The notes under the pieces: generated by a model | What the model was told of the DNA's origin: nothing | Databases searched by the model: none | The model's input: the letters and a program-made list of their open reading frames with translations, nothing else | Source: a virus | IMG/VR virus record: IMGVR_UViG_3300046355_000213 | Coordinates: 61,035-125,034 of that record | Length of the DNA: 64,000 nucleotides | Direction: 5' to 3' (one strand) | Shown here: positions 11,101-20,660 of the stretch, piece after piece | How the letters are laid out: each line of letters opens with the position of its first letter | Numbering within the stretch: the stretch's first letter is position 1 | Program-made: the position numbers and the translations under genes

Positions 11101-12761
11101 TTTTGGTACAAGCCCTTGGTCCCGTTACCACCGGGAATATTAAACTCCCGCATGTTGTTAAAGATACCCTTAGCTACAATGGTCTTGTTGCCTTCACGGG
11201 AACCTCTTAGGATCTCATAGCCTACAATAGAGGTAATGGCTTTACCGTAGTTATCTACCGGTATCTGGATGTTCTCAAACTTCACGCCCAGTACGCGGAT
11301 CTTGTCCCCGCCCTGAGAGTGGTGGTAGGTCTCCTCTGATAGTTTATTATCAGGAAACTTATGGTGACGGATAGGCTTGCCACACAGGTTCCCCCAGATC
11401 TCAAACTTGTTATCCGGATAACGCTCGGTGCTTTCCCAGTAACCCATCTCCCCCTCAGCCAGTACCATACCGCCATCGGCAAGTTTAGTGCCTGGTGTGT
11501 TGGTGATAGAGGCCGTGTTATTTACCTGCCAAGCCTGTGCTGTCTGATCATTGTCGAGCTCAATAGCATCTGCTGTAGCCAGGTTGATACGCTCACTGTC
11601 TAAAGCTTCCCTGCCAGGAATATGGAAAGAAGCACTCTTGTCCCCTGTGTTATATACCCAGCGGATAAAGAACGCGTACTGCTCATCTCTCATGTAGCCG
11701 GTGTTGTTTCCCCCGTTGGCATAATAGTTAGCCGGGTACTCTACACTCACCCACTTAGTGCGGATCTGGTTAGCCAGGTTCTGGTAGTTAAAGTCAAAGC
11801 GGTTATAGATACCCGTACGCACTAAATAATTATTCAGGCGGAACATGGCATCACTCTTCTCAATAGCCGGAGTGTTCAACGGGATCTGCTCCAGCGGAAT
11901 AGTGATCAGGTCAGGCTCTGCAGAGTCAATAAATAACTTGGTCTGACGGGTAGAGTATATACCCAGTCTTTTGGCCACTGTGCTTTGATTTACCACTGAG
12001 ATGAGTACTACTTCCATCTCATCAAAATCAGGGTCTGTATTGGTCACAGAAACGTCCAGGGAACCTCCCCCACCATCGTGGTCAAAGAGTCCCTGTACCT
12101 CAGACACTACTAAGTAATCTGTTACCCGAATAGAGTTGACAGTATAAGCCAGGGCAACCTGGTAAGAGCCGTTACGAAGGGTACCGGACGCCCGGCCCTT
12201 CTCAATACGTACACAAGGGATGGTCAGGATCTGGGCCAGTCTTAACTGCTCCACATCCAGTACACCTGTTGATTTCTCAATGATGCAGTCTCCCTGCATT
12301 TCTTTTGTAGTAAAATACGGCGGGCTGTCCATGGCCATCACCCGGTCAGGGTTGCGGCCATCAGACCAGTACACCTTAAAGCCACAGTCCGCGTTGCGTC
12401 TGGCAGCTCCTGTGATCAGGTTGGTCCTTCTGAAGTTTAGCTTGGGATCATTGACCACTAAACGATAAGTACCCAGGTTGGCATCAAAGACTCCAATCTC
12501 ACAATTGTTATCATCTGTGGTAAACAAAGCCCAGGTGCCGTCACTGATAGGAATAGCTCCTATAAGGGTGTACGGAAGGTCAATAGTGTGAAGATTGGCT
12601 GGCTCATTTCCCAATACGCCCATCTCACCCGTATGCGTGTTGTTCACCGCATTACGGGCATGTACCCACTGGCCCTCACCTATAAAGGTTTCATTGAGGT
12701 CCTTGAGCATACCCTTGGAAAAGGTATTGATCGCACCAGGATTTTGATTGCTCTGAGCCAT
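8145..12761 (-). CDS. Tail stabilization / muzzle protein (crAss-like, P22 gp10-like)
   Basis: 1538 aa; NTFSKGMLKD...ARNA N-terminus, GYMRDEQYAFFIRW, IRHHKFP, WTISY...FLSFHDWHP motifs; follows ring-protein genes. Confidence 0.8.
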   Translation of the reverse strand: MAQSNQNPGAINTFSKGMLKDLNETFIGEGQWVHARNAVNNTHTGEMGVLGNEPANLHTIDLPYTLIGAIPISDGTWALFTTDDNNCEIGVFDANLGTYRLVVNDPKLNFRRTNLITGAARRNADCGFKVYWSDGRNPDRVMAMDSPPYFTTKEMQGDCIIEKSTGVLDVEQLRLAQILTIPCVRIEKGRASGTLRNGSYQVALAYTVNSIRVTDYLVVSEVQGLFDHDGGGGSLDVSVTNTDPDFDEMEVVLISVVNQSTVAKRLGIYSTRQTKLFIDSAEPDLITIPLEQIPLNTPAIEKSDAMFRLNNYLVRTGIYNRFDFNYQNLANQIRTKWVSVEYPANYYANGGNNTGYMRDEQYAFFIRWVYNTGDKSASFHIPGREALDSERINLATADAIELDNDQTAQAWQVNNTASITNTPGTKLADGGMVLAEGEMGYWESTERYPDNKFEIWGNLCGKPIRHHKFPDNKLSEETYHHSQGGDKIRVLGVKFENIQIPVDNYGKAITSIVGYEILRGSREGNKTIVAKGIFNNMREFNIPGGNGTKGLYQNYPYNDLNPDLYLTSDEKSIESGSKSNRRSNPLTAYRKDMFSFHSPDTSFSKPYLSVQEVKLYAEVYGQALGNFEHVYKHPKFKQISDSLSIVGKLLSVFATMNSISALATGASKKLTFAASEDLPLSFEVGGAPASFPGPPGGSDAFGVGAAANAVAYALVLAQHVANIVILISTAKLMADMYNEKIISVIVSLLPEKQYSAQYNSHGYYSNFSLNASSDNSRRGVADSFYVNNNLQNYNNYKINNVDRSGYVFVSTTKEIANPLRVDISRKTKGQLQVDLNKNVTTDISAHYGALKINFPSQYGQLESIKQVPVYTCMYNVGTDLATRYSTDIMFGGDVYVGRYTEKNPFTFFSEWLYDQPDNIAYDYRNYITVAYPRYWIENGKPNKDITNFPSIGRHLDDRVDKGFFVEKGYFYISCNGVRDFWVESEVNLAFRDWEDVASKRHYDPDRFTDVQTMFRSDNIKTSNFYKYDYSLSVARLYNNYVSWGALQNRDYDPRIAENCYAYSPNRIMYSLPQETEQKQDNWVRFLPNNYLDMSSRVTALKAVGGTGALIMLENEAPITIQGVDSLQTDGGIKLTIGDAGLFNQPLRNIMNTDDEYQYGSCQSKFAIAGIPGGVYWVSQEQGKIFRYGGEMDEVSRRGNKWWFAKHLPSQLLRAFPDYNLGDNPLVGVGCNMSYDNTNELLYITKRDFKPTTEAMKWNSVDGFYTDGEEFVVTNTDGTKTIKKTKNKIALGDPSHFEDASWTISYDPKAAEGKGAFLSFHDWHPNFIIPGRSSFLTVKDRGVWRHNVRTDQFCNFYGKDYPFEVEFVVSTGQQVATVRNVEYVLETFKYFNDGQDKFHLLDENFDNAIVYNSEQISGNLKLDLKPKNNPVALLTYPKVQANGVDILYSKEENKYRFNQFWDITKDRGEFTTNMEPMFNVSSNGYTRKINARYVDYNKNVMERKKFRHYVNRVLLRKNVSGPVKFLFKLINTKLQPSLR

Positions 12762-13660
12762 TATTTATAAGTCTTGTAAGTAGCAGATTGGAAAGGAGTA
12801 TAGTACTTGTGGTACATGGCTTTTCTGTTCATTGCAAAGAGGTCCTGCATTTCTTTGAAGTCAGGGGTGTTGACTACCGTCAGAGCATTGTTTCTGGCAG
12901 CCCTGTATAAAGGTTCTATCAGCTGGATACGCTGGCCCACATCCTCCCCGTTCATATATAAGTTCTCCAGGATGCGCTTCTTTAGTGCGTATTCATAATA
13001 CTCATTGATCAACGGGTGATCCAGAACAAGCAGGTTTCCCTCCTCATCCTCTAAAGCTCCTTCATAGTTCACATACAATTTGCCTGTCTCCAGGTAAGTG
13101 TAGATAAACCCATTTTTAATTTCTCCCTGGCTTACATCACCATGTCCGGCAAGTCCCTGCTTTTTGGCATAGTCGCTCAGGAATTTAGAAGTGGAAAAAT
13201 GCAGCTTCTCAAAGTGGTCATAGATACGGGTCTGGTTGCGGATCTTCTCCACCACGACCCAGGTATCACCACACTCATTGGTTGTAGTGTAAGTATCCGT
13301 GCATCCGCAAGCCATAGCCTGTGAGCCACATACGCGGCAAACCTGCGGGTCTACCACAAACTTGACATCTTCTGTCTGCCTGCCTGCAATGACCGGCTCC
13401 TGGACCTTGTAAGAGTCCATGAGCAAAGCATAGTTCATCACATAGAAGTCTTCGGGAAGCCTGGCCTTGCCTTTGATAATTTCCAGTACCCTGTCCTTTG
13501 TGCCATGGATGCGCATACCCAAATCATAGCTGACGCGCTGGGCAACTTTGATCAACTGGGCAGGCTCTATCATACCCTCTGCATTATAGAGGGTGAAGTC
13601 TTGATTGACCTCATACATGAGTTCATCAAAGGTCCGGTACTTTATCTCTATCTTACCCAT
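12761..13660 (-). CDS. Tail tubular/ring protein
   Basis: 299 aa; translationally coupled upstream of the stabilization protein, typical crAss-like synteny. Confidence 0.6.
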   Translation of the reverse strand: MGKIEIKYRTFDELMYEVNQDFTLYNAEGMIEPAQLIKVAQRVSYDLGMRIHGTKDRVLEIIKGKARLPEDFYVMNYALLMDSYKVQEPVIAGRQTEDVKFVVDPQVCRVCGSQAMACGCTDTYTTTNECGDTWVVVEKIRNQTRIYDHFEKLHFSTSKFLSDYAKKQGLAGHGDVSQGEIKNGFIYTYLETGKLYVNYEGALEDEEGNLLVLDHPLINEYYEYALKKRILENLYMNGEDVGQRIQLIEPLYRAARNNALTVVNTPDFKEMQDLFAMNRKAMYHKYYTPFQSATYKTYK

Positions 13661-14337
13661 TATCTAAGGATGTTTTGCTTGTCAGGTGCAACGTCAGTTG
13701 GGATGGACAAGGTTAATTGGAAGTCTTTGAGCACGTTGCTTTCTATCTCTCCATGGATGTAGTCAGGAGCATTGAAGGGCTCCAGTTGTCTGAGCATACA
13801 GTCATCATTTGGATCACAGTTCCAGCGGCTGATAGAGTCTTCAAAAATGCCTTCTACCCGCACCGCATCCCAGTCTAAATTGGGGAAGTACAGGTAGTCA
13901 TTTAAGAAGTAGTAGTAAAGTGTCTTGTTGTATTTGCTGTTCTTGCTGCGGGCAATGTTCAGGTAGTTTACAGACGTGGTAGCCTGCAGATCCTGGGACC
14001 CGTCTAAGGAAGTGACATGGCGGATCAAAGGCCCAAAGTAGCCTTGCATAAACGTAGGCATTTTGTGCTTGGACCGTCTGAAAGTGATGCCACTTTTGAT
14101 TCCGGTACAGTGTGCCTCCACGGCATCCACTTCAATTAACTCCACAAAGTCAAGGGTCTGGAATACCGAGTTAAAGCTCATCAGCTTGTTCTTGCTGTCC
14201 TCGCGCTTCATGAGCCACTTGGCATGCTTGGATACAAGACTGTATATAAAACGGTCAGTCAGGAACGCGTCCTGGCTGACAGCTTTTAACTGGTTACGGA
14301 TTCTGGAGATAACTTCTCCAATAGTGGTTCTGGCCAT
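13660..14337 (-). CDS. Tail ring/structural protein
   Basis: 225 aa; coupled to the next gene; YYYFLNDYLYF...VEGIFED motif; synteny. Confidence 0.6.
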   Translation of the reverse strand: MARTTIGEVISRIRNQLKAVSQDAFLTDRFIYSLVSKHAKWLMKREDSKNKLMSFNSVFQTLDFVELIEVDAVEAHCTGIKSGITFRRSKHKMPTFMQGYFGPLIRHVTSLDGSQDLQATTSVNYLNIARSKNSKYNKTLYYYFLNDYLYFPNLDWDAVRVEGIFEDSISRWNCDPNDDCMLRQLEPFNAPDYIHGEIESNVLKDFQLTLSIPTDVAPDKQNILR

Positions 14338-14344
14338 AGGGTAA

Positions 14345-14929
14345 TTAGTCTAGGTCAAACTCATCATAGTCTAGTAGCTGTTGCTCTGTGTCTGCAGCAA
14401 TCATGTCCAGCTTATGTACTTTTCTAAGTAGACGGGATATTTTTTGGAAGTTGTCAATGACCGGGTACATCTTCCAGTTCTCTGGATAGGTCTTTGCAAC
14501 TGTACGCTTGAAGTCTCTTACTGCAGAAAAACCCCACATGTGGTGGAACCTAAAGCGGTACTTCACCTCATAGTTGGTGTAGAAAATCTTGGCCACATAC
14601 TGATCAGACTCCCAGTTCTGGTTCTGTATCCGCTTGCCATACATCTTACTCTTGTAGTAATCTACATTTTCAGATACTTTCCTGGGGCAGGTGCCTATAA
14701 AGACATACCCCAGTTGCTCCGGCAGCTCTACGCCATCGCGGTTATTGATTACCTCTTCCCATATCTTTCCATTAAACTCAGTGACAATTTGCTTGTACAC
14801 TGCATAGGGAATATTCTTGTACTTTGGATACCGGGTGATAAACTCCTGGTGAGTTTCCTTGGTAAGAATATTCAGTTTCCTGGGACGGAAGCGTGGGGCA
14901 GATAAGTCAGGCTCTTTAAATTCCTTCAT
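14345..14929 (-). CDS. IHF/HU-like DNA-binding protein (crAss-like conserved)
   Basis: Basic protein with VELPEQLGYVFI motif; position before tail ring genes. Confidence 0.5.
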   Translation of the reverse strand: MKEFKEPDLSAPRFRPRKLNILTKETHQEFITRYPKYKNIPYAVYKQIVTEFNGKIWEEVINNRDGVELPEQLGYVFIGTCPRKVSENVDYYKSKMYGKRIQNQNWESDQYVAKIFYTNYEVKYRFRFHHMWGFSAVRDFKRTVAKTYPENWKMYPVIDNFQKISRLLRKVHKLDMIAADTEQQLLDYDEFDLD

Positions 14930-14940
14930 GCAAGGTCTGC

Positions 14941-14955
14941 TACATTATAATTTAC
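14941..14955 (-). promoter_or_regulatory. Late promoter motif GTAAATTATAATGTA
   Basis: Repeat copy 11 nt upstream of the ATG at 14929. Confidence 0.65.
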
Positions 14956-14984
14956 AAAAAATCAAGCTCTTTTCCAATCTAAAC

Positions 14985-16319
14985 TTAAAAGGTGTACTTA
15001 CTCTCAAAGATTTGCTGACTATCACGACACACAACGTCAAAGCATATCCCAGGTTTGTTGGGTCCAAAGTTGGTACCGATCCACTTACTGCCTCCAAATA
15101 GGGAGAGTACGTTACGGTACCTAAAGCCGTAAGTATCCTGAGAGTTAGCCATGTGCAGGTCCCCTTTTACAATGGAGATGTTTGCATCCTGCGGATTAAA
15201 CCCATGGTACATCAAATACTTGCGGAAGTAGTTTTCTACCTTGTCATTGAGGTGCAGCGGCAATCCGTGCTTCATGTCCTCATCATCCTTACCGTGCGTA
15301 AATAAGAATATATGCTCACCGTATACTTCATGCTCTATGAACTTAGTCAGCATGCGTGTCTTTACCCAAGGGTACACGGCGTTCAGGTACATTTCAATAG
15401 CGCGGTTAACCATATAATCAAAGTCACCTCCGTGATTGGAGTTACAGTTCTGGTATACGTGATAGTTAGTTGCCAGGTTATCTTCTATCAGGGTATCAAA
15501 GAACCACTTCTCTACAGAGACAGCGGTTTCAAAAGCCTGCTTGTTACTCATGTTCTGTGGCAACCTGTGACCTCCACGCGTGGTCTGTCCGTTCTGCCCA
15601 TCCATCTTGTCCCCCAGGTCAATGATATACAGATCTTCAAAAGCACCAAAGGTATTGGTGTGCAGATAGATCTGATACAGCACCTCTTCCATTCTGTCTT
15701 TATACTCCTGTGCGTTGTACGTATTTTGGTACAAAGCAGTCTCCCCTACGTACGCACCAATATGGCGGTCAGAGAGATAAACAAATAAAGCTTTGGAGTT
15801 GGAGGCAGGGGCCTCAGGTCTGATCCTGGGAGTCAGGTTGACCTGGTTAAATGCTTTGATAATAATATCTTCAGCATCTTGTAAAGTAACTTCTTGTTCT
15901 TGCTTGGCAGAACACATGGCTGAGACTTCCCAGCGGTTCTTCTTTTGTTTGTTCCAGTAGGTGGATAACTTCCACTTGTTGGTGTCAATCCTTAACCTTA
16001 GGATGATCTCTTCAGGACTCATAGGTTCAGAGGTAAGCAAGGCTTTAACCTCTAATTTCTTGTTGTCAATGAAGTGGTTCATTTCCAGGATCTGGTCCTC
16101 CTCTTCTGCGTCCTCCTCCAGCTCCTCTCTTTTCTGCAGCTTGAGCCGCACCATTTCATCAATGTTTTCACCGGCATGCTCGATCATGTCTTGCTTCATG
16201 CCAATGACCTCTTGCTTTAACTCCAGGTATTCTTCTTGGGAGATACCTAGTTTGTCTGCACAGTATTCAGCGTTCTTTTTCCACTTCAAACTGTCAAACA
16301 CTCTGGTCAATAGTGTCAT
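14985..16319 (-). CDS. Calcineurin-like metallophosphoesterase with N-terminal HTH-like region
   Basis: SDRHIG, DLGD, SNHGG, FTHGK, GDLH metal-binding motifs. Confidence 0.75.
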   Translation of the reverse strand: MTLLTRVFDSLKWKKNAEYCADKLGISQEEYLELKQEVIGMKQDMIEHAGENIDEMVRLKLQKREELEEDAEEEDQILEMNHFIDNKKLEVKALLTSEPMSPEEIILRLRIDTNKWKLSTYWNKQKKNRWEVSAMCSAKQEQEVTLQDAEDIIIKAFNQVNLTPRIRPEAPASNSKALFVYLSDRHIGAYVGETALYQNTYNAQEYKDRMEEVLYQIYLHTNTFGAFEDLYIIDLGDKMDGQNGQTTRGGHRLPQNMSNKQAFETAVSVEKWFFDTLIEDNLATNYHVYQNCNSNHGGDFDYMVNRAIEMYLNAVYPWVKTRMLTKFIEHEVYGEHIFLFTHGKDDEDMKHGLPLHLNDKVENYFRKYLMYHGFNPQDANISIVKGDLHMANSQDTYGFRYRNVLSLFGGSKWIGTNFGPNKPGICFDVVCRDSQQIFESKYTF

Positions 16320-16419
16320 AGGATATTAGGTAGCCAAAAGGCCATAGTTATGGAATGTAAATGTAGGGGATGACTTTGGTTCTATGCCTTAGTTGTAAAC
16401 AGTTTGTAAACAGTCTAAC

Positions 16420-16454
16420 AAAAGTGAGCCCCTGCCATTGCTAGCGAGGGGCTC
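16420..16454 (-). terminator. Rho-independent terminator
   Basis: GAGCCCCT...AGGGGCTC stem followed by ACTTTT, downstream of the gene ending at 16496. Confidence 0.6.
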
Positions 16455-16495
16455 GGTCTGTCAGAAGAAAACCAACAAAACTTCAGACAATATCT

Positions 16496-17107
16496 TTAAC
16501 AAGAAATAGTAGCCTGCCAGTTATCTGTCAGTGTAGAACTTCCTGCATGCTCTGCGTTAATTGTAAAGAAACGGCCATCACCGGCAGTTTTACTGAATGT
16601 AAAGGAACCACTGGTAGCGGTGCTTAAAGTAGCTCCCCAAGGCCCTGACGTAGAAGACGAACCTACCCAGCCTGTTGTGGCTAAAAGGTTGTCAGCAGAG
16701 TCATACACATTGATGCGGTTAGGCACGTCACCTGATACCCAGTTTACGGTAATGGTATTACCGGAAGCAGCGGCCAGGTCAATGAGTTCTTTTGGGTAGA
16801 TATAAAATTGAGTAGAAGAGCTGGTTCTGCTCACCGTACTTCCACATACCAAAGCACTTATTTTAGTGGCAGAAAAATTAGCGGGTGCAGAAAAAGAAGT
16901 AGAGGTACATGAACTTTCAATAGTTCCCTCAATATTATCACAGGCAGGAATACCTGTCAGGGTAATAGGAGAAGAAGTAAAAGGTCCTGTAGCTGTGGTG
17001 TAGTTTGTTGTACCAACAACTCTCCACTTTACACGATATCCGTTACCCGGTGCCGGTGAAGGGGCAGTAAAGTTAAGGACAAGACTTCTGGTGATTGGAC
17101 AAGCCAT
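16496..17107 (-). CDS. FN3/Ig-like structural (decoration) protein
   Basis: GYRVKWRVVGTTNY FN3-like strand pattern; S/T/C-rich. Confidence 0.55.
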   Translation of the reverse strand: MACPITRSLVLNFTAPSPAPGNGYRVKWRVVGTTNYTTATGPFTSSPITLTGIPACDNIEGTIESSCTSTSFSAPANFSATKISALVCGSTVSRTSSSTQFYIYPKELIDLAAASGNTITVNWVSGDVPNRINVYDSADNLLATTGWVGSSSTSGPWGATLSTATSGSFTFSKTAGDGRFFTINAEHAGSSTLTDNWQATISC

Positions 17108-17111
17108 GCTG

Positions 17112-17348
17112 TTATGCGGTTATAAATGATTGTGAACTGGTATAGGTAGTGATCCCGTTGGTTACGCAAACACCTTCTACCATGCCTTCGTATTGTGCTG
17201 TTTGATCCACTCCGGTAATGACCAGGCTAGTACCAGTAAGAGAAGCCGTAGCATACGTATACGCCACCTCTCCTACCTTGCGGTATCTTACCCTGTAACC
17301 TCCTGTAAAGCTGACAGCGTTAGAAAGACTGATGGTCAGTGAACCCAT
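17112..17348 (-). CDS. Small FN3-like structural protein
   Basis: GYRVRYRKVG...ITGVDQTAQYE; paralogous to its neighbour. Confidence 0.55.
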   Translation of the reverse strand: MGSLTISLSNAVSFTGGYRVRYRKVGEVAYTYATASLTGTSLVITGVDQTAQYEGMVEGVCVTNGITTYTSSQSFITA

Positions 17349-17350
17349 AA

Positions 17351-17863
17351 TTAAGAAGCTTTAGTAGTCACTGCAATAGTGACAGAGGTGCAGTTTACGT
17401 TGCCCGAAGCTGTGCTGGCTACTTTGAACAAGTATTTAGTACTGGCAGAGAGGCTAAGTACTTCTTTTGTACTCAGGCCGTTTGATACTACGGATGTCCA
17501 TGTGCTGGCCGCCTCTGTTTTATACATCAGGGTCAAGCCTGTATTATCCAAAGGAACGTTCCAGGCTACAGTAATGGAGTTGGCTTTAACCACCGTGCTG
17601 CGAAGTGCTGTTACGCACTTGAGTGTAGGGGAGATACAACTTGTACCGCTTACCTGCGCTACAATTAATTTCTGGATGATGCTGTCTAAACGTTCTCCGC
17701 TGACAATGTTTCCCTCTACAATGGTGTCTCCGTTGTATTTTACACAGCCCAGTAAGCTAAGTTCATCACAAGGCTCACTATCCACGCAAGGCGTTAGTGC
17801 TGCCGGTGCAGGAGGACAATCAAGGCATGGGTTGCAGTTTGCTAAAGGAAGAGGATTTGACAT
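17351..17863 (-). CDS. Cys-rich FN3-containing structural protein
   Basis: CVKYNG Cys-rich N-terminus; ITVAW...LSASTKYLFKV FN3 motif. Confidence 0.6.
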   Translation of the reverse strand: MSNPLPLANCNPCLDCPPAPAALTPCVDSEPCDELSLLGCVKYNGDTIVEGNIVSGERLDSIIQKLIVAQVSGTSCISPTLKCVTALRSTVVKANSITVAWNVPLDNTGLTLMYKTEAASTWTSVVSNGLSTKEVLSLSASTKYLFKVASTASGNVNCTSVTIAVTTKAS

Positions 17864-17876
17864 GTCTGATTAGAGG

Positions 17877-19373
17877 TTAGGATAAAGTTGCACTTACAAT
17901 CGTTGGAGGCAGGCCGCATGCGTTGGTTCCACTGTTAATGGTGGTGTAAGAAGCAAATGGACATTCCTGAGCCGGTAATGTACCCACTGTAACCACTGTG
18001 CGGATCTTGTATACGTTACCTTCCACAAGGTTGATAAAGCTGTCAGATGTAACGCCCTGAGGATTAGCAAATGTTTTGCTGCCTACCTGTACGCCTGCTG
18101 CATTTTGTAACTCAACGCGGTAAGAAACATTGTTATTGATTGGTGGCTCAAAGCTGTATGAAATAACAGTTGTGCCAGGGGTAACTACCAGGTTAGGGCA
18201 AGCATTGGTTCCTGTACCCGTGTTCTTGGTAACGGTCTTGTTACAAGTTGTACCGCTGTTGGTCAGTGATGCCTCTAAGGTAAAGTTAAGGGCTGTTGCC
18301 AGGTTAAGTGGCGTGCCTTCTAATTGAATGATCAATGGAGCACTGTTGTTGGCTGCACCAATCACGTCTATATTCACCAGGTGCTTGTTACCCAGGGCAT
18401 CTGTAATAGTAAGCTTAGATCCTTGTGCCAGTGTATTAGCCCATCCTGAAGGAATAGAGCTGTAGCCAGAGAAGAATAAGTTAGCTCCTGTACCGTTGTT
18501 GATAAGCGCGACAGCAAAGTCAACAGTTACCTGTGAGCAATCTGCTTTGATCAGACCTTTAACAGTGTTAAACGCATCTCTTAAGTCACACAAAGTAAGC
18601 CAAAGGTTAGTAAGTGAATCTGCTGTTGTAGACACAGTAGTCTTCCAGCCTGGAATAGCAGCCATAGTACCTGCTTTAGATAAGGCAGGAGATGTAGATA
18701 GGTTCAAGCACTGATTGGCAGCAGCTTGAGTAAGCGCCGTAGCTGTTCCTGTTGCGTTACGTAAAGTACACAACTGGCTTTCTACGGTTAAGATAGCATT
18801 GGCTAATGTCTGAGGCGTACTTACACCTGAGCAAGTCAAGGTAACAGTGCCTGTGTTTGTAGTCGGGTTGGCAATAGCAGCTTCTAAGACAGTGATACGG
18901 TTACCGTAAGAGGTCAAAGTAGTAGTATGTGCCGTGACAGTCGTATCAATAGCACAGACCTTAAGTCCGATTACGCCTGTGTAGGCAGTGTGCTGAAGTC
19001 TGGTGATAGGATCGCCATAACTGTCTGTAGTTCTGAAGCACTGGGCAATAGTCAATAATGGATCGGGTACTGTGTCCCCGCCACCTAAGTCATTAACCAG
19101 GTCCTGGATGGTACATACTTTAGAAATCAGCAAGCTGATGATGTTCTCAACGGACATGTCAGTCACGTTGGAGGTAGTAAGGCAGCTCAAATCAACATCC
19201 AGGTCAGCCTGACCGGAGTTCACAATGTATTGAGCCAGCTTGTACACAACATCAGAAACGGAGTCCCCGGTGCATAAATTGATACTAGGCAGGTTAGGAC
19301 CTTGCCAAATAACACAATTAGATGAAACTGGAGAACACCCCTTATCTGCGGTATTGCTAAGAGTAGGTATCAT
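17877..19373 (-). CDS. Cys-rich structural protein with coiled coil and C-terminal FN3-like domain
   Basis: SSNCVIWQGPNL N-terminal motif; LVEGNVYKIR FN3-like end. Confidence 0.6.
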   Translation of the reverse strand: MIPTLSNTADKGCSPVSSNCVIWQGPNLPSINLCTGDSVSDVVYKLAQYIVNSGQADLDVDLSCLTTSNVTDMSVENIISLLISKVCTIQDLVNDLGGGDTVPDPLLTIAQCFRTTDSYGDPITRLQHTAYTGVIGLKVCAIDTTVTAHTTTLTSYGNRITVLEAAIANPTTNTGTVTLTCSGVSTPQTLANAILTVESQLCTLRNATGTATALTQAAANQCLNLSTSPALSKAGTMAAIPGWKTTVSTTADSLTNLWLTLCDLRDAFNTVKGLIKADCSQVTVDFAVALINNGTGANLFFSGYSSIPSGWANTLAQGSKLTITDALGNKHLVNIDVIGAANNSAPLIIQLEGTPLNLATALNFTLEASLTNSGTTCNKTVTKNTGTGTNACPNLVVTPGTTVISYSFEPPINNNVSYRVELQNAAGVQVGSKTFANPQGVTSDSFINLVEGNVYKIRTVVTVGTLPAQECPFASYTTINSGTNACGLPPTIVSATLS

Positions 19374-19408
19374 GGGGTAGGATAGTTAGTAACTGGACTA
19401 TTTCAGTC

Positions 19409-19423
19409 TACATTATAATATAC
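19409..19423 (-). promoter_or_regulatory. Late promoter motif GTATATTATAATGTA
   Basis: Exact consensus copy upstream of the 19373 start. Confidence 0.7.
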
Positions 19424-19461
19424 CAAAACTTGGTGGTTTTTACAAATAAATGTTGACTAAC

Positions 19462-19492
19462 AAAGAAGCCCCCAGTAAAATACCAGGGGCTT
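19462..19492 (-). terminator. Rho-independent terminator
   Basis: AAGCCCC...GGGGCTT stem plus CTTT after the gene ending at 19516. Confidence 0.55.
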
Positions 19493-19515
19493 GCTTATAG
19501 GTCACGAGGAATATT

Positions 19516-20025
19516 TTATTGAGCAGGTAGTTCTGAAACTTCCTCTTCCTTGCTTCTCAAGAGTTTGAAAAACACTGGGTATGACTCGTCAGTGTTAAAG
19601 TCAAGGTGTTCAATAGTGAAGGGATAATGTGCAATCTCTTTTTCTTCTACAAGAAGCTTGTTCATCTCATCGTTAAACTCAATGAAGTTTGGGTTAAGGA
19701 TTTTTACAGCCTCTCCCTTTTCGTTAAGCTCTGGCTGTCCTTCAGCATCCAGCTTGTCTTTGAATGTAGGAAGGCTAAAGCCATTGTCACTAGATTCTCC
19801 TAGCTTAGTAATAAGCTCATCGCGCATAGTGTCAATACTCTTCTTTTCAGCGCCTACAATCTCCACTAAATTGTTTAAGTGGTAACGTACTACCATTGGT
19901 AATGGGTGGCCCATGATACCTTTGGATACTTTCTCTCTTGTCTCCGGATTAGTAACTCCGTTGATCTCACTCTCTAGGGCATAAAGCTCACCTAGAGATA
20001 ACTTGGTTTTTACTGTTGTTGACAT
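19516..20025 (-). CDS. Hypothetical protein, possible tail assembly chaperone
   Basis: 169 aa acidic helical protein with its own promoter motif, at the end of the fibre module. Confidence 0.5.
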   Translation of the reverse strand: MSTTVKTKLSLGELYALESEINGVTNPETREKVSKGIMGHPLPMVVRYHLNNLVEIVGAEKKSIDTMRDELITKLGESSDNGFSLPTFKDKLDAEGQPELNEKGEAVKILNPNFIEFNDEMNKLLVEEKEIAHYPFTIEHLDFNTDESYPVFFKLLRSKEEEVSELPAQ

Positions 20026-20048
20026 ACGGTATGGGTTGGTTAGTTGTA

Positions 20049-20063
20049 TACATTATAATATAC
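20049..20063 (-). promoter_or_regulatory. Late promoter motif GTATATTATAATGTA
   Basis: Exact consensus copy upstream of the 20025 start. Confidence 0.7.
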
Positions 20064-20108
20064 TGAATATTTTCAAATTCTGCAAATTATAATGTGCTAG
20101 CTCCTAGC

Positions 20109-20618
20109 CTAGCAGTCTACAACGTTCTCTTCACCAAATAGATCTACAAGCTTAGTCTTCAGGTGAGTGTAGCCAAATTCAAAAATGTCCACTCCTTCTG
20201 CAGTAGAAAGATCCGGTACAGTCTTAGTGATTGTCTCTTCGTACTCTTCTTCCTGCTGCTCGTAAGTAGTTACATCAACAATAGTTGTTGTTGAGTTTCC
20301 GTCTGCATCTGGAGCACTTTGCTGCTCTGTAGGAGTAACTACTGGAACAGCAACCATGCGAGTTCTTGTAACAGTCTCTTCTACCTGCTTTGTAAGTGGC
20401 ACATAGAGATGCTCACCAATCTGCTGGTTACGTGCTATACCGGCCATCATGCCAGGCATAGAGTTTGTACCTGGAGTCGCATCTTCCTCTGATTGAAATA
20501 ATTCAATACGGAAACTAGCTGAACCATATTTGTTTAATTGGTAATCCGCAATGCGTACATACGCTTCTGACGTGATACCTTTGTCTGTCCCAATTTGGGA
20601 TGTAATCTTTAATGCCAT
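20109..20618 (-). CDS. Tail fibre-associated protein
   Basis: AYVRI...GYTHLK pattern typical of small proteins following phage fibres. Confidence 0.5.
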   Translation of the reverse strand: MALKITSQIGTDKGITSEAYVRIADYQLNKYGSASFRIELFQSEEDATPGTNSMPGMMAGIARNQQIGEHLYVPLTKQVEETVTRTRMVAVPVVTPTEQQSAPDADGNSTTTIVDVTTYEQQEEEYEETITKTVPDLSTAEGVDIFEFGYTHLKTKLVDLFGEENVVDC

Positions 20619-20660
20619 GTGTTTAGGTTGTTTATAAGGGTAATTAGATTATTTAAAATA

